Of a stretch of DNA of 64,000 bases, positions 19,701 to 27,697 are shown one piece after another. Within the stretch, counting starts at the first letter, position 1. Each line of letters opens with the position of its first letter. The translations under genes and the position numbers were made by a program. The stretch covers positions 19,809-83,808 of the forward strand of contig JBBTSB010000010.1 of NCBI GenBank assembly GCA_038064915.1. The letters run 5' to 3'. Origin of the DNA: Patescibacteria group bacterium (lineage in GTDB: Bacteria; Patescibacteriota; Minisyncoccia; 2-02-FULL-40-12; IGHO2-01-FULL-4-A). The notes beneath the pieces were generated by a model. That model searched no databases. It was not told the DNA's origin and saw only the letters and a program-made list of their open reading frames with translations.

Positions 19701-20234
19701 ATGTCAAAAATCGGCAAAAAACCCATTGCGATTCCCACTGGCGTTGATATAAAAATCGACGGCAATTCGCTTGTTGTCAAAGGCCCTAAGGGGGAGTTAA
19801 AAAAACTTTTTCCTGCAGGAGTTTCGTTTGTTAAAGAAGAAAGTAATTTGAAAGTTGCTGCGGAAAATAGCGCTATCTGGGGTTTGAGCCGAGCGCTTGC
19901 GGCAAACATGGTCACTGGTGTTGCCCAAGGATTTCAAAAAATACTTGAATTTACCGGCGTGGGATACAAAGCACAGGTGAAAGGTGATATGTTAGAACTC
20001 AACCTCGGATTTACTCATCCTATTTCCGTAAAAGCTCCCCCGGCGGTTACTTTTAAGGTAGAAAAGAATGTTATCACCATTGAAGGGCCCGACAAGGAAT
20101 CGGTAGGACATGTTGCCGCAGAGATTCGTTCTCATCGTCCCCCGGAGCCCTACAAGGGAAGTGGTATTAAATATCGAGATGAGGTAATTCGGCGCAAGGC
20201 TGGCAAAAAAGCTGGCGCTACGGCTACAGCATGA
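19701..20234 (+). CDS. rplF: 50S ribosomal protein L6
   Basis: Start MSKIGKKPIAIP at ATG 19701, in frame with ORF 19650..20234. Confidence 0.92.
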   Translation: MSKIGKKPIAIPTGVDIKIDGNSLVVKGPKGELKKLFPAGVSFVKEESNLKVAAENSAIWGLSRALAANMVTGVAQGFQKILEFTGVGYKAQVKGDMLELNLGFTHPISVKAPPAVTFKVEKNVITIEGPDKESVGHVAAEIRSHRPPEPYKGSGIKYRDEVIRRKAGKKAGATATA

Positions 20235-20533
20235 GAATTCAACGCCACAACAGAATTCGCGCAAGACTTCAGGGCACGTCGGAGCGCCCGCGCGTTGCGG
20301 TTTTTCGGAGCAACCAGTATATTTCTGCGCAGATTATTGATGACAGCGCTCACAAAACACTTGCAAGTGCAAAGGGGCCAAAAGCCAAGCCCGATGCTGT
20401 TGCGCAGGAATTGGCAAAGAAGGCGGTTGCCGCTGGTATTTCAAAGGTGGTATTTGATCGCGGTGGACACAAGTATCACGGGGGCGTAAAGGCGCTGGCG
20501 GAAGGTTTGCGTAAAGGAGGTCTTCAACTATGA
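20231..20533 (+). CDS. rplR: 50S ribosomal protein L18
   Basis: L18 signature. Confidence 0.9.
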   Translation: MRIQRHNRIRARLQGTSERPRVAVFRSNQYISAQIIDDSAHKTLASAKGPKAKPDAVAQELAKKAVAAGISKVVFDRGGHKYHGGVKALAEGLRKGGLQL

Positions 20534-21072
20534 ACAATCCGAACAACAACAGTAGATTTCAAAAAACAGACAATCGTCGTGGGGGAAAGTTTAATCGTCC
20601 GCCAAAGGAAAAGTCGGAGTTTGATTCCCGCATGCTTGATCTTGCTCGTGTTGCTCGTGTCACCAAGGGAGGAAAGCGATTCAGTTTCCGTGCTACCATG
20701 GTGGTAGGTGATGGGAAGGGACGAGTTGGCGTAGGCGTTGCTCAGGGCCATGACGTACAGCAAGCAATGGAAAAATCCACCCAGAACGCCAAGAAGCGCC
20801 TCTTGCGTGTTGTTATCGTGAAAGGAACTATTCCTCACCAGGTAACATTCAAATATCACAGCGCCGTAGTTATGATAAAGCCATCCCCCATGGGCAGTGG
20901 AGTAAAAGCAGGCGGCCCCGTCCGTGTGATCGCAAAGCTCGCAGGAATCAGCAATATTACCGCAAAGCTTATCGAGCGAACAGGCAATAAGATTAACATT
21001 GCACGAGCGACCATTGGGGCGCTTGGGCAATTGAAACAACATGCAACTTCACCATCTCAAGCCAATTCATAA
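20530..21072 (+). CDS. rpsE: 30S ribosomal protein S5
   Basis: S5 dsRBD and C-terminal domain. Confidence 0.93.
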   Translation: MNNPNNNSRFQKTDNRRGGKFNRPPKEKSEFDSRMLDLARVARVTKGGKRFSFRATMVVGDGKGRVGVGVAQGHDVQQAMEKSTQNAKKRLLRVVIVKGTIPHQVTFKYHSAVVMIKPSPMGSGVKAGGPVRVIAKLAGISNITAKLIERTGNKINIARATIGALGQLKQHATSPSQANS

Positions 21073-21334
21073 AGCTATTGCTTCCAAGCGCGTTGGTCGC
21101 GGTGGAAAGCGTGGTACGTTTTCGGGCCGTGGTTCAAAAGGGCAGAAATCCCGCGCCGGTACCCGTATTCGCCCGGGGTTTCGAGGCGGCAATGAACCTC
21201 TTTGGAAACTTTTCCCGAAGTCTCGTGGAGCGAGCAAAAAAACCGACATCAAACACCGATCGTTCCAGGTACGCCGCAAGAAACCAAAGGGCCGTTACGT
21301 AAGCAAGGCCAATCGCCATGATACAGTTCAATAA
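21041..21334 (+). CDS. rplO: 50S ribosomal protein L15, unusually short (97 aa; only the N-terminal KRVGRG…GFEGG-like half is recognisable)
   Basis: N-terminus [12 protein letters not shown]…[10 protein letters not shown]…GFRGGNEPL matches L15; secY starts at 21318 inside its 3' end. Confidence 0.7.
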   Translation: MQLHHLKPIHKAIASKRVGRGGKRGTFSGRGSKGQKSRAGTRIRPGFRGGNEPLWKLFPKSRGASKKTDIKHRSFQVRRKKPKGRYVSKANRHDTVQ

Positions 21335-22577
21335 ATTATTCAAGATCAAAGACATTCGCAACAAGATATTGTTCATCTTGGCACTTTTGATTGTGTTCCG
21401 TCTTATTGCTGCAATTCCCATTCCTGGAGTCGATCCTGACAAACTTCGCCAATTTTTTGCCGACAACCAGCTTTTTGGTCTCATTAGTACCTTTACCGGT
21501 GGTGGACTCACGACATTTTCGCTGGTCATGCTGGGTCTTGGACCGTATATTACCGGTTCGATCATTATGCAATTGTTGACCATGATCTTTCCGCGCCTCG
21601 AACAGATGTATAAATACGAAGGAGAGGCGGGACGACAAAAATTCAACCAATATTCTCGCATGCTCACCGTACCACTGGCGATGATCCAGGGCTACAGCTT
21701 TATGATATTGCTTTCCCGGCAAAACGTGTTGAGCGTGCCAGATCTTTTCGGATGGATCAATGCACTCGTGGTGATAGCCGCTGGGTCGGTATTTTTGATG
21801 TGGCTCGGTGAGCTGATTTCTGAAAAAAATATCGGCAACGGAGTATCACTGCTCATTTTTGCAGGCATCGTGTCTGGCCTGCCCACCAGTATTCGGCAAT
21901 CTATTTTTACGTATACCCCCGATAAGTTGTTTACCTACCTTGCGTTTATTATTATTGCTGTCGTTGTGATCGCCGGGGTTGTATATTTGACGGAAGCACA
22001 GCGCAATATTCCCATCAACTATGCGCGACGTATTCGCGGATCGAGGGTTTTCGGAGGCGTCTCTTCGTATTTGCCTATGCGCGTCAATAATGCAGGTGTT
22101 ATGCCCATCATTTTTGCACTTTCCATCTTGCTGTTTCCCGGCATGATCGCAAGCTTTCTGACAGCATCAAAAACGGAATGGCTTGCAGATATTGGCCGCT
22201 TCTTCAGTGGAATAGTGCAAAATCAGTTGATCTACGGTATTGCATATTTCGTCTTAGTCATTGTGTTTACGTACTTCTATACAGCAGTGACGTTTGATCC
22301 AAAATCCATTTCCGAAAATATTCAAAAACAAGGAGGGTACATTCCCGGTATTCGTCCCGGTACTCCGACAACCGAATTTTTAAAGCATCTTCTCAACCGA
22401 GTTACCCTCGTGGGCGCGATTTTCTTGGGCCTCATCGCTGTCATGCCGCAGATTGTACAGGGTTTTACCGGAATCACCGCGCTGACCGTCGGCGGTACTT
22501 CGATTCTCATCGTTGTCTCGGTGGCTCTGGAAACCATCAAAGCGCTTGACGGACAACTCTCGATGTACGAATATTAG
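21318..22577 (+). CDS. secY: preprotein translocase subunit SecY
   Basis: 10 TM segments, SecY motifs. Confidence 0.95.
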   Translation: MIQFNKLFKIKDIRNKILFILALLIVFRLIAAIPIPGVDPDKLRQFFADNQLFGLISTFTGGGLTTFSLVMLGLGPYITGSIIMQLLTMIFPRLEQMYKYEGEAGRQKFNQYSRMLTVPLAMIQGYSFMILLSRQNVLSVPDLFGWINALVVIAAGSVFLMWLGELISEKNIGNGVSLLIFAGIVSGLPTSIRQSIFTYTPDKLFTYLAFIIIAVVVIAGVVYLTEAQRNIPINYARRIRGSRVFGGVSSYLPMRVNNAGVMPIIFALSILLFPGMIASFLTASKTEWLADIGRFFSGIVQNQLIYGIAYFVLVIVFTYFYTAVTFDPKSISENIQKQGGYIPGIRPGTPTTEFLKHLLNRVTLVGAIFLGLIAVMPQIVQGFTGITALTVGGTSILIVVSVALETIKALDGQLSMYEY

Positions 22578-22580
22578 TGG

Positions 22581-23240
22581 ATGAAGCAAGTAGTCATCTT
22601 TATTGCTCCCCCGGGGGCTGGGAAAGGGACGCAGTCGGATATCCTTGCAAAGCGCATGGGTTTTTTGCATTTGGAGACTTCGCAAATTATCGAAGAAAAA
22701 TTTGCAAAGGCTTCACTTGATGACGAAGATATCAACAAAGAAAAAGAAAACTTTCGCACCGGCAAGCTTGTTACACCTGAAAAAGTTACAGCCTGGGTAA
22801 TCGAAAAAATTCGTGGGCTCGCAGAACAGGGGACAAGCATTGTATTTTCGGGATCGTTTCGCACGCTCTATGAGGCGAGTCAGGAAATTCCTGTTGTGGA
22901 GGAGCTCTATGGCAGAGAGCATATCAAGATTTTTTATATCACTCTTTCTGAAGAAGAATCCGTACGGAGAAATGCTGGGCGAAGGATTTGCAAAGCCAAC
23001 CGTCATCCCATCTTGGCAGATTTTTCCGGTGATGTCTGTCCCCATGATGGATCGGAGCTGATTAAGCGAAGCCTCGATACTCCTGAGGTAATCAGGAGGC
23101 GTTACCAAGAATACTTGGATCGCACCGAGCCTGTACTTGCTTTTCTCAAAGAGCAGAAGTATCCCATCATCGAAGTCAACGGTGTGCAGGGCGTTGAACA
23201 ACTTTCCCATGATATCCATCAAAACTTCAAAGCAAATTGA
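22581..23240 (+). CDS. adk: adenylate kinase (zinc-lid type)
   Basis: IAPPGAGKGTQ P-loop and LID domain. Confidence 0.93.
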   Translation: MKQVVIFIAPPGAGKGTQSDILAKRMGFLHLETSQIIEEKFAKASLDDEDINKEKENFRTGKLVTPEKVTAWVIEKIRGLAEQGTSIVFSGSFRTLYEASQEIPVVEELYGREHIKIFYITLSEEESVRRNAGRRICKANRHPILADFSGDVCPHDGSELIKRSLDTPEVIRRRYQEYLDRTEPVLAFLKEQKYPIIEVNGVQGVEQLSHDIHQNFKAN

Positions 23241-23997
23241 GCTCATGGCGGAAAGTGGCAGGATTTTGCATGAGATCATTACTCAAATGGTAGCCATGGC
23301 AAAGCCCGGTGTGACGACGCAAGAGATTGATGATCTTGCGCGGAGACTGTGCAAAGAGCACAAAGTAAAACCTGGATTTTTTGGGTACGGAGTTATGGGC
23401 AAGAAATATCCTGCAGTAGCGTGTCTCTCCGTCAATGATGCCATTGTGCATGCGATCCCTACAGATCTACAACTCGTGGATGGCGATGTGCTAGGCATAG
23501 ATATGGGGGTACTCTACAAGGGTTGGAATTCAGATAGTGCGGTGACGGTCATAGTATCTCCCTCCGACCCCCTCTTATCTATAAGAGGGGGAGCAAAGGG
23601 GGAGTTGGTTGCTCAAAAGCTCATTTCCGTAACGCGCGATTCGATGTATCTGGGAATCAAACAGGCCATACCAGGCAACCATGTCGGTGACATTGGCAAC
23701 GCAGTGCAGACGTATGTGGAATCGCATGGCTTTGGAGTGGTTCGCGACCTGGTGGGGCATGGCATCGGCAGAGAACTTCACGAAGAGCCACGTATTCCAA
23801 ACTTTGGAAAACCTGGCGAAGGTCCAGAGTTGCGCGAGGGTATGGTCATTTGCATTGAGCCCATGGTCACCGCAGGAGACTGGAGGCTTGTCCTTGATGA
23901 AGATGGCTGGACGTACCGCACCAAAGACGGCAGCTTGGGCGCGCATTTTGAACACACACTTGCGATTACCAAAGACGGACCACGAGTATTGACCTAG
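23209..23997 (+). CDS. map: methionine aminopeptidase type I (with ~12-aa in-frame insertion)
   Basis: Start MISIKTSKQIELMAESGRIL at ATG 23209, in frame with ORF 23137..23997; conserved metal-ligand residues. Confidence 0.9.
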   Translation: MISIKTSKQIELMAESGRILHEIITQMVAMAKPGVTTQEIDDLARRLCKEHKVKPGFFGYGVMGKKYPAVACLSVNDAIVHAIPTDLQLVDGDVLGIDMGVLYKGWNSDSAVTVIVSPSDPLLSIRGGAKGELVAQKLISVTRDSMYLGIKQAIPGNHVGDIGNAVQTYVESHGFGVVRDLVGHGIGRELHEEPRIPNFGKPGEGPELREGMVICIEPMVTAGDWRLVLDEDGWTYRTKDGSLGAHFEHTLAITKDGPRVLT

Positions 23998-24016
23998 TTT
24001 TGGCGACTGATATAAT
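23989..24016 (+). promoter_or_regulatory. sigma70-like promoter TTGACC-16nt-TATAAT placing the transcription start about 3 nt before ATG 24027 (near-leaderless)
   Basis: TTGACC at 23989-23994, TATAAT at 24011-24016. Confidence 0.4.
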
Positions 24017-24026
24017 TGGTCTACGT

Positions 24027-24296
24027 ATGTCACAACCTCTTACAAAAGAAGATCTCAAAGAAGCCATAGCCGGATTAGCCACGAAAAAAGATCTCGAAAG
24101 TCTTAAAGATGAGTTAAAGCTCCATATGAATGCTCGTCTAGAAGACGTAGCCACTAAAGATGATCTTCTGGCTCTCGAAACAAAATTTATCAAAGATGTT
24201 GACGCGGTAGTTGGTGTCCAGGTAAAAGATACAAAAGATTTCAAAGGTCGCGTCGAGCGACTTGAGGGCGTCGTCTTTCCAAGAAAGCACGCCTAG
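24027..24296 (+). CDS. small coiled-coil hypothetical protein
   Basis: ORF 24000..24296; ATG 24027 sits just downstream of the predicted promoter. Confidence 0.4.
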   Translation: MSQPLTKEDLKEAIAGLATKKDLESLKDELKLHMNARLEDVATKDDLLALETKFIKDVDAVVGVQVKDTKDFKGRVERLEGVVFPRKHA

Positions 24297-24315
24297 ACTC
24301 ATGGTAGCGGCGATA

Positions 24316-24344
24316 TTGACGTAACTATAATTTTCATATATAAT
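24316..24344 (+). promoter_or_regulatory. consensus sigma70 promoter TTGACG-17nt-TATAAT upstream of the DGR target gene
   Basis: TTGACG 24316-24321, TATAAT 24339-24344. Confidence 0.5.
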
Positions 24345-24414
24345 ATAAATAGTTGTGCCTGCTAAACCGACGCAACGAAGCGTTGTTTTGGCAAGCTTAA
24401 GAAAGGAGTTCGGC

Positions 24415-25236
24415 ATGAGCCGGCTCACCGAGGGCATTGATGGCCGCATGATTGAGGCAGCCAAAACGCTTTCCGCACAGGGCGGAACCCTGGAAGACCT
24501 CGAGGTGCTCAAGAACCCCGAGGCCAATCCCCGTGCTGTCACTGTGGCACGGGCCGTCTTGCGTGAGCTCCGTGGAGAGGTGCTCGCGCCCATTCCGCTC
24601 TCGCCGCCGCAGATCGTCCCGGGCGCCAAGAACTTCATAAACTTCGACCTCTCGGCTTTCATGGTGAGCTGGACGAAGTTCTACGGGCGGATTTTCCAGA
24701 TCACGCTCGATCCGGCTTCCGTGCTGTTGCCGCCCCTTGAGCTCGCGCTCGGGAGCGGCCTCATCCGTCATCCCGACGTCACTATCGAGAAGGTGCTCTC
24801 GGCGTGGAAGAAGAACACGCCCAAGGAGCTCCTCTACCGCTACACGGAGAGCGATCTGGACGCTGCGATTCAAAAGGAGAAGGAGTCGTGGCGCCCGAGC
24901 GGTACCTACGTCGCCTGGGCGTATCCGGCGATCGAGGCTACGGACCAGGCGCCCGAGCTCGCCGAGAAGTCCTACGAGGACATCCAGGCAATGCCCGGGG
25001 TCTGGGTCATGAACTATCCCGAGCTGCCGCTCTACGCGCTCTGGCACTACGTGGAGACCGGAGTGCCGCTAGATCAGAAGACCGTCTCGCTCTCGGACTC
25101 ACTCGATGCGGCTGGCCGCGCGCTCGGCGGCAGCTGGCACGGCGACGGGTTCTGCGTCCACTGGTGCCACCGGCGCGGCTCGCACCCGAGCATCCGCGCT
25201 CGCAGGATCGTTCTCCCGCAGCCGAAGGCTGCGTAA
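24415..25236 (+). CDS. DGR target protein (273 aa), GC-rich, with the variable region in its C-terminal ~35 residues (…GGSWHGDGFCVHWCHRRGSHPSIRARR…), C-type-lectin/FGE-like VR-fold expected
   Basis: AAGGAG SD 7 nt upstream of ATG 24415. The 3' 106 nt equal the TR except at TR-adenine positions. Confidence 0.75.
   Translation: MSRLTEGIDGRMIEAAKTLSAQGGTLEDLEVLKNPEANPRAVTVARAVLRELRGEVLAPIPLSPPQIVPGAKNFINFDLSAFMVSWTKFYGRIFQITLDPASVLLPPLELALGSGLIRHPDVTIEKVLSAWKKNTPKELLYRYTESDLDAAIQKEKESWRPSGTYVAWAYPAIEATDQAPELAEKSYEDIQAMPGVWVMNYPELPLYALWHYVETGVPLDQKTVSLSDSLDAAGRALGGSWHGDGFCVHWCHRRGSHPSIRARRIVLPQPKAA
25111..25216 (+). repeat. DGR variable region (VR)
   Basis: 106-nt alignment to 25495..25600 with 22 mismatches, every one at a template adenine; the identical 3' block CATCCGCGCTCGCAGG is IMH-like. 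Confidence 0.8.
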
Positions 25237-25241
25237 CGCTT
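25225..25241 (+). other. hairpin CGCAGCC-GAA-GGCTGCG immediately 3' of the VR (DGR target-recognition stem-loop analog)
   Basis: perfect 7-bp stem with 3-nt loop, 9 nt after the VR end. Confidence 0.5.
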
Positions 25242-25265
25242 CTCGCTCTTCTCTCGTTCACTCGG

Positions 25266-25310
25266 ACTCCGGCAGCTTGCTGCTGGAGTCCGATTTCTTT
25301 TTTGGTATAC
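25266..25310 (+). terminator. Rho-independent terminator of target gene (CGGACTCC…GGAGTCCG + TTTCTTTTTT)
   Basis: 8-bp stem plus T-run. Confidence 0.6.
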
Positions 25311-25494
25311 TTACCCCGGGCTCATACAATCGGTCTTGTTCGCCGTTTGGCGAGACGGATAGCGATTTGCCCTATCAAAGGAGAACTACGTGCCCTTTTT
25401 TGGAGAAGAAGAGCTTCCTAAAAAATCTACTGCAATGGCAGCATACTCATAATTCTTTTTGAATGATGAGCGGCAAGGATGAGATGGGGCACTT

Positions 25495-25600
25495 ACTCGA
25501 TGCGGATGGCAACGCGCTCAACAGCAACTGGAACGACGACAAGTTCTACGTCAACTGGTACAACCAGCGCAACTCGAACCCGAACATCCGCGCTCGCAGG
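25495..25600 (+). repeat. DGR template region (TR), Asn-codon (AAC) rich
   Basis: See VR. It is followed at 25606..25645 by the hairpin CAACAGGCTCCT-TCAT-AGGAGTCTGTTG plus T7. Confidence 0.8.
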
Positions 25601-25620
25601 TAGACTCCCAACAGGCTCCT

Positions 25621-25962
25621 TCATAGGAGTCTGTTGTTTTTTTGGAATGATCCGATCCAGCCATTTGTTTCTTTTGAGATTTCTTGAAGTTCTTCTTCAA
25701 ATGCTTGATATAGACTTAGTCCGATAATATCCAGTTCTTGCATGAGCCGTACCATGCGTTTTAGTATTTCTATATTGGTGCGTAGGTCTTTCAGTGTAGG
25801 GACCTTTTCAATACCAGTTTGAAATCGTGCCTTGATCGCAAGTGCAATTGCATCCAATATAAGCGCATCAAGTTTTGAATAAATTCCGTGCCGATCCTGC
25901 TTTGATATTTTCGTGCGGAGGCGATAAAATTTCTTGTAAAACTCAAACAAATGATAAATCAA
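25621..25962 (-). CDS. avd: accessory variability determinant (Avd)-like four-helix-bundle protein, opposite strand to TR/RT
   Basis: 113 aa, basic. The C-terminal …LQEISKETNGWIGSF and central …RHGIYSKLDALILDAIA… segments resemble the Avd / 23S-IVS four-helix-bundle family. TTG start. Confidence 0.55.
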   Translation of the reverse strand: MIYHLFEFYKKFYRLRTKISKQDRHGIYSKLDALILDAIALAIKARFQTGIEKVPTLKDLRTNIEILKRMVRLMQELDIIGLSLYQAFEEELQEISKETNGWIGSFQKNNRLL

Positions 25963-25963
25963 G

Positions 25964-26914
25964 GTGACAGGTCGTTGGGGGGGGGGTCGCTATAGGAGTA
26001 TTCATGATTTGGCAAATTTATTTCTCGCCTGGCGGGAATTCCGGCGCGGCAAGCGACAGAAACCGGATGTTCAAGCATTTGAGTTTGATCTGGAGGATAA
26101 CCTATTTGAGCTTCACGAGCAACTCGTATCAAAAACATATTCGCACCAGCCGTACGAATCATTTTTTGTAACAGATCCAAAGCTTCGACATATCCATAAG
26201 GCCACCGTGCGAGATCGCGTCTTGCACCAGGCGGTGTTCCATGTGCTCTATCCGATCTTTGATCATACATTTATCTACGACTCCTATTCCTGTCGCATTG
26301 GCAAAGGGACTCACATTGCCGTTAATCGTCTCAAAGAATTTTGCCGCAAAGCTAGTTGCAACAATTCACGAAACATCTTCGCTCTCAAATGCGATATCCG
26401 CAAGTTCTTCGATTCGGTAGATCATGAAATTTTGATTGATTTGATAAAGCAGAGCGTTGTTGATCCCGATGTGCTTTGGCTCATAAAATTGATTCTCGAT
26501 AGTTTTCCCAAGGGCCTACCTTTGGGCAACGTCACGAGTCAATTATTTGCAAATATCTATTTGAATGAGCTTGATCAGTTTGCTAAGCATACGCTCAAGG
26601 CAAAGTATTACCTGCGCTACTGCGATGATTTTGTGTTACTCAACCCAGATCAGTCGACCCTTCTAGTAATTCGCAATTTTTTAGAGAATAACCTCAAACT
26701 GCAGCTTCATCCCAACAAAATCATCCTTCGTACCTACCGCCAGGGGATTGATTTTCTCGGCTACGTCGTGCGGCCGTACTGTCGAACCTTGCGGACGAAG
26801 ACAAAGAAGCGAATTTTTAAGAATATTTCAGAGAAAAATCTCGCATCGTACCTTGGTGTTCTCGATCATTGCGACGGATATGCCATTCGCCAAAAGCTCT
26901 TTGATTTGGTATGA
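25964..26914 (+). CDS. DGR reverse transcriptase
   Basis: RT motifs including LPLGNVTSQLFANIYL (DGR-type IGxxxSQ) and YCDDFVLL (YxDD). N-terminus alignable to Bordetella Brt. GTG start; G10 tract at 25977-25986. Confidence 0.85.
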   Translation: MTGRWGGGRYRSIHDLANLFLAWREFRRGKRQKPDVQAFEFDLEDNLFELHEQLVSKTYSHQPYESFFVTDPKLRHIHKATVRDRVLHQAVFHVLYPIFDHTFIYDSYSCRIGKGTHIAVNRLKEFCRKASCNNSRNIFALKCDIRKFFDSVDHEILIDLIKQSVVDPDVLWLIKLILDSFPKGLPLGNVTSQLFANIYLNELDQFAKHTLKAKYYLRYCDDFVLLNPDQSTLLVIRNFLENNLKLQLHPNKIILRTYRQGIDFLGYVVRPYCRTLRTKTKKRIFKNISEKNLASYLGVLDHCDGYAIRQKLFDLV

Positions 26915-26921
26915 TTTTTCC

Positions 26922-27629
26922 ATGTATCTTTCTGTCATTATTCCCGCTTACAACGAAGAAAAACGCATCGGCAAGACGCTCGAAGCAATTCGAGAATATT
27001 TGAGCGAGCAAAGTTATGAGTGGGAAGTCATTGTAGTAAATAATAATTCAAATGATGCTACAAGCGAAATTGCAGAAAAATATCAGGTTCACGTCATTGA
27101 CGAAAAGCGACCAGGAAAAGGATATGCAGTCACGACCGGAATGCTTGAGGCAAAGGGTGATCTCCGACTTTTCACTGATGCTGATAATTCAACGAGCATT
27201 GATCATCTTGACCTCATGATTCCGTATATGCAAAATTACGATGTGGCGATTGGCTCTCTTGCAGTACCTGGAGCGAAGGTTGTGCAGGGAGGCGAAGAGC
27301 CATGGTATCGTGTTATCATGGGTAAGCTGGGCAATAAATGGATTCAGCTATTCGCGGTATGGGGGATCCATGACACGCAACGTGGATTCAAGTTATTTAA
27401 GGCGCAAGCCGTAGAAAAGATCTTTCCCAAGCTCACAATCTTTGGCTGGGGATTTGATGTAGAAGTTTTGGCTTTAGCACGCAAGTTTGGTTTTACCATA
27501 AAAGAAATACCTGTCACGTGGGACAACGATCCCAATTCCAAAGTAACCGTTTGGGCATATCCGCAAGTACTTTTGCAAACACTTAACGTGAGATGGAACC
27601 TGTTAACGAATAAATATGGATCCCGTTAG
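26922..27629 (+). CDS. GT2 family glycosyltransferase (DPM1/polyprenyl-phosphate sugar synthase-like)
   Basis: MYLSVIIPAYNEEKRIG… DxD context; start at ATG 26922, 8 nt after the RT stop. Confidence 0.8.
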   Translation: MYLSVIIPAYNEEKRIGKTLEAIREYLSEQSYEWEVIVVNNNSNDATSEIAEKYQVHVIDEKRPGKGYAVTTGMLEAKGDLRLFTDADNSTSIDHLDLMIPYMQNYDVAIGSLAVPGAKVVQGGEEPWYRVIMGKLGNKWIQLFAVWGIHDTQRGFKLFKAQAVEKIFPKLTIFGWGFDVEVLALARKFGFTIKEIPVTWDNDPNSKVTVWAYPQVLLQTLNVRWNLLTNKYGSR

Positions 27630-27697
27630 AAGCAGCCCTAACGGGTTATAATCTACGCTAAACTATTACTATGACTTATACTGCTTCTAACGGGATG
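27619..27697 (+). promoter_or_regulatory. conserved cis element copy A: hairpin CCCGTTAGAAG…CTAACGGG plus distal CTTCTAACGGG abutting the galT ATG
   Basis: A near-identical arrangement is found at 61382..61462. Confidence 0.5.

Noticed and set aside
24452-25462. Multiple overlapping ORFs in alternative frames (24452..24640, 24737..25012, 24804..25421, 25007..25261, 25106..25462, 24397..25047 minus) inside the GC-rich DGR target region
   Set aside because: These are typical spurious open frames in high-GC DNA. They overlap the well-supported, SD-preceded target gene 24415..25236, and none has its own initiation signals.
25463-25603. 46-codon ORF (MMSGKDEMGHLLDADGNALNSNWNDDKFYVNWYNQRNSNPNIRARR) spanning the TR
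   Set aside because: It is simply the template repeat read in the VR frame. It has no SD and sits in the expected non-coding TR position of a DGR.
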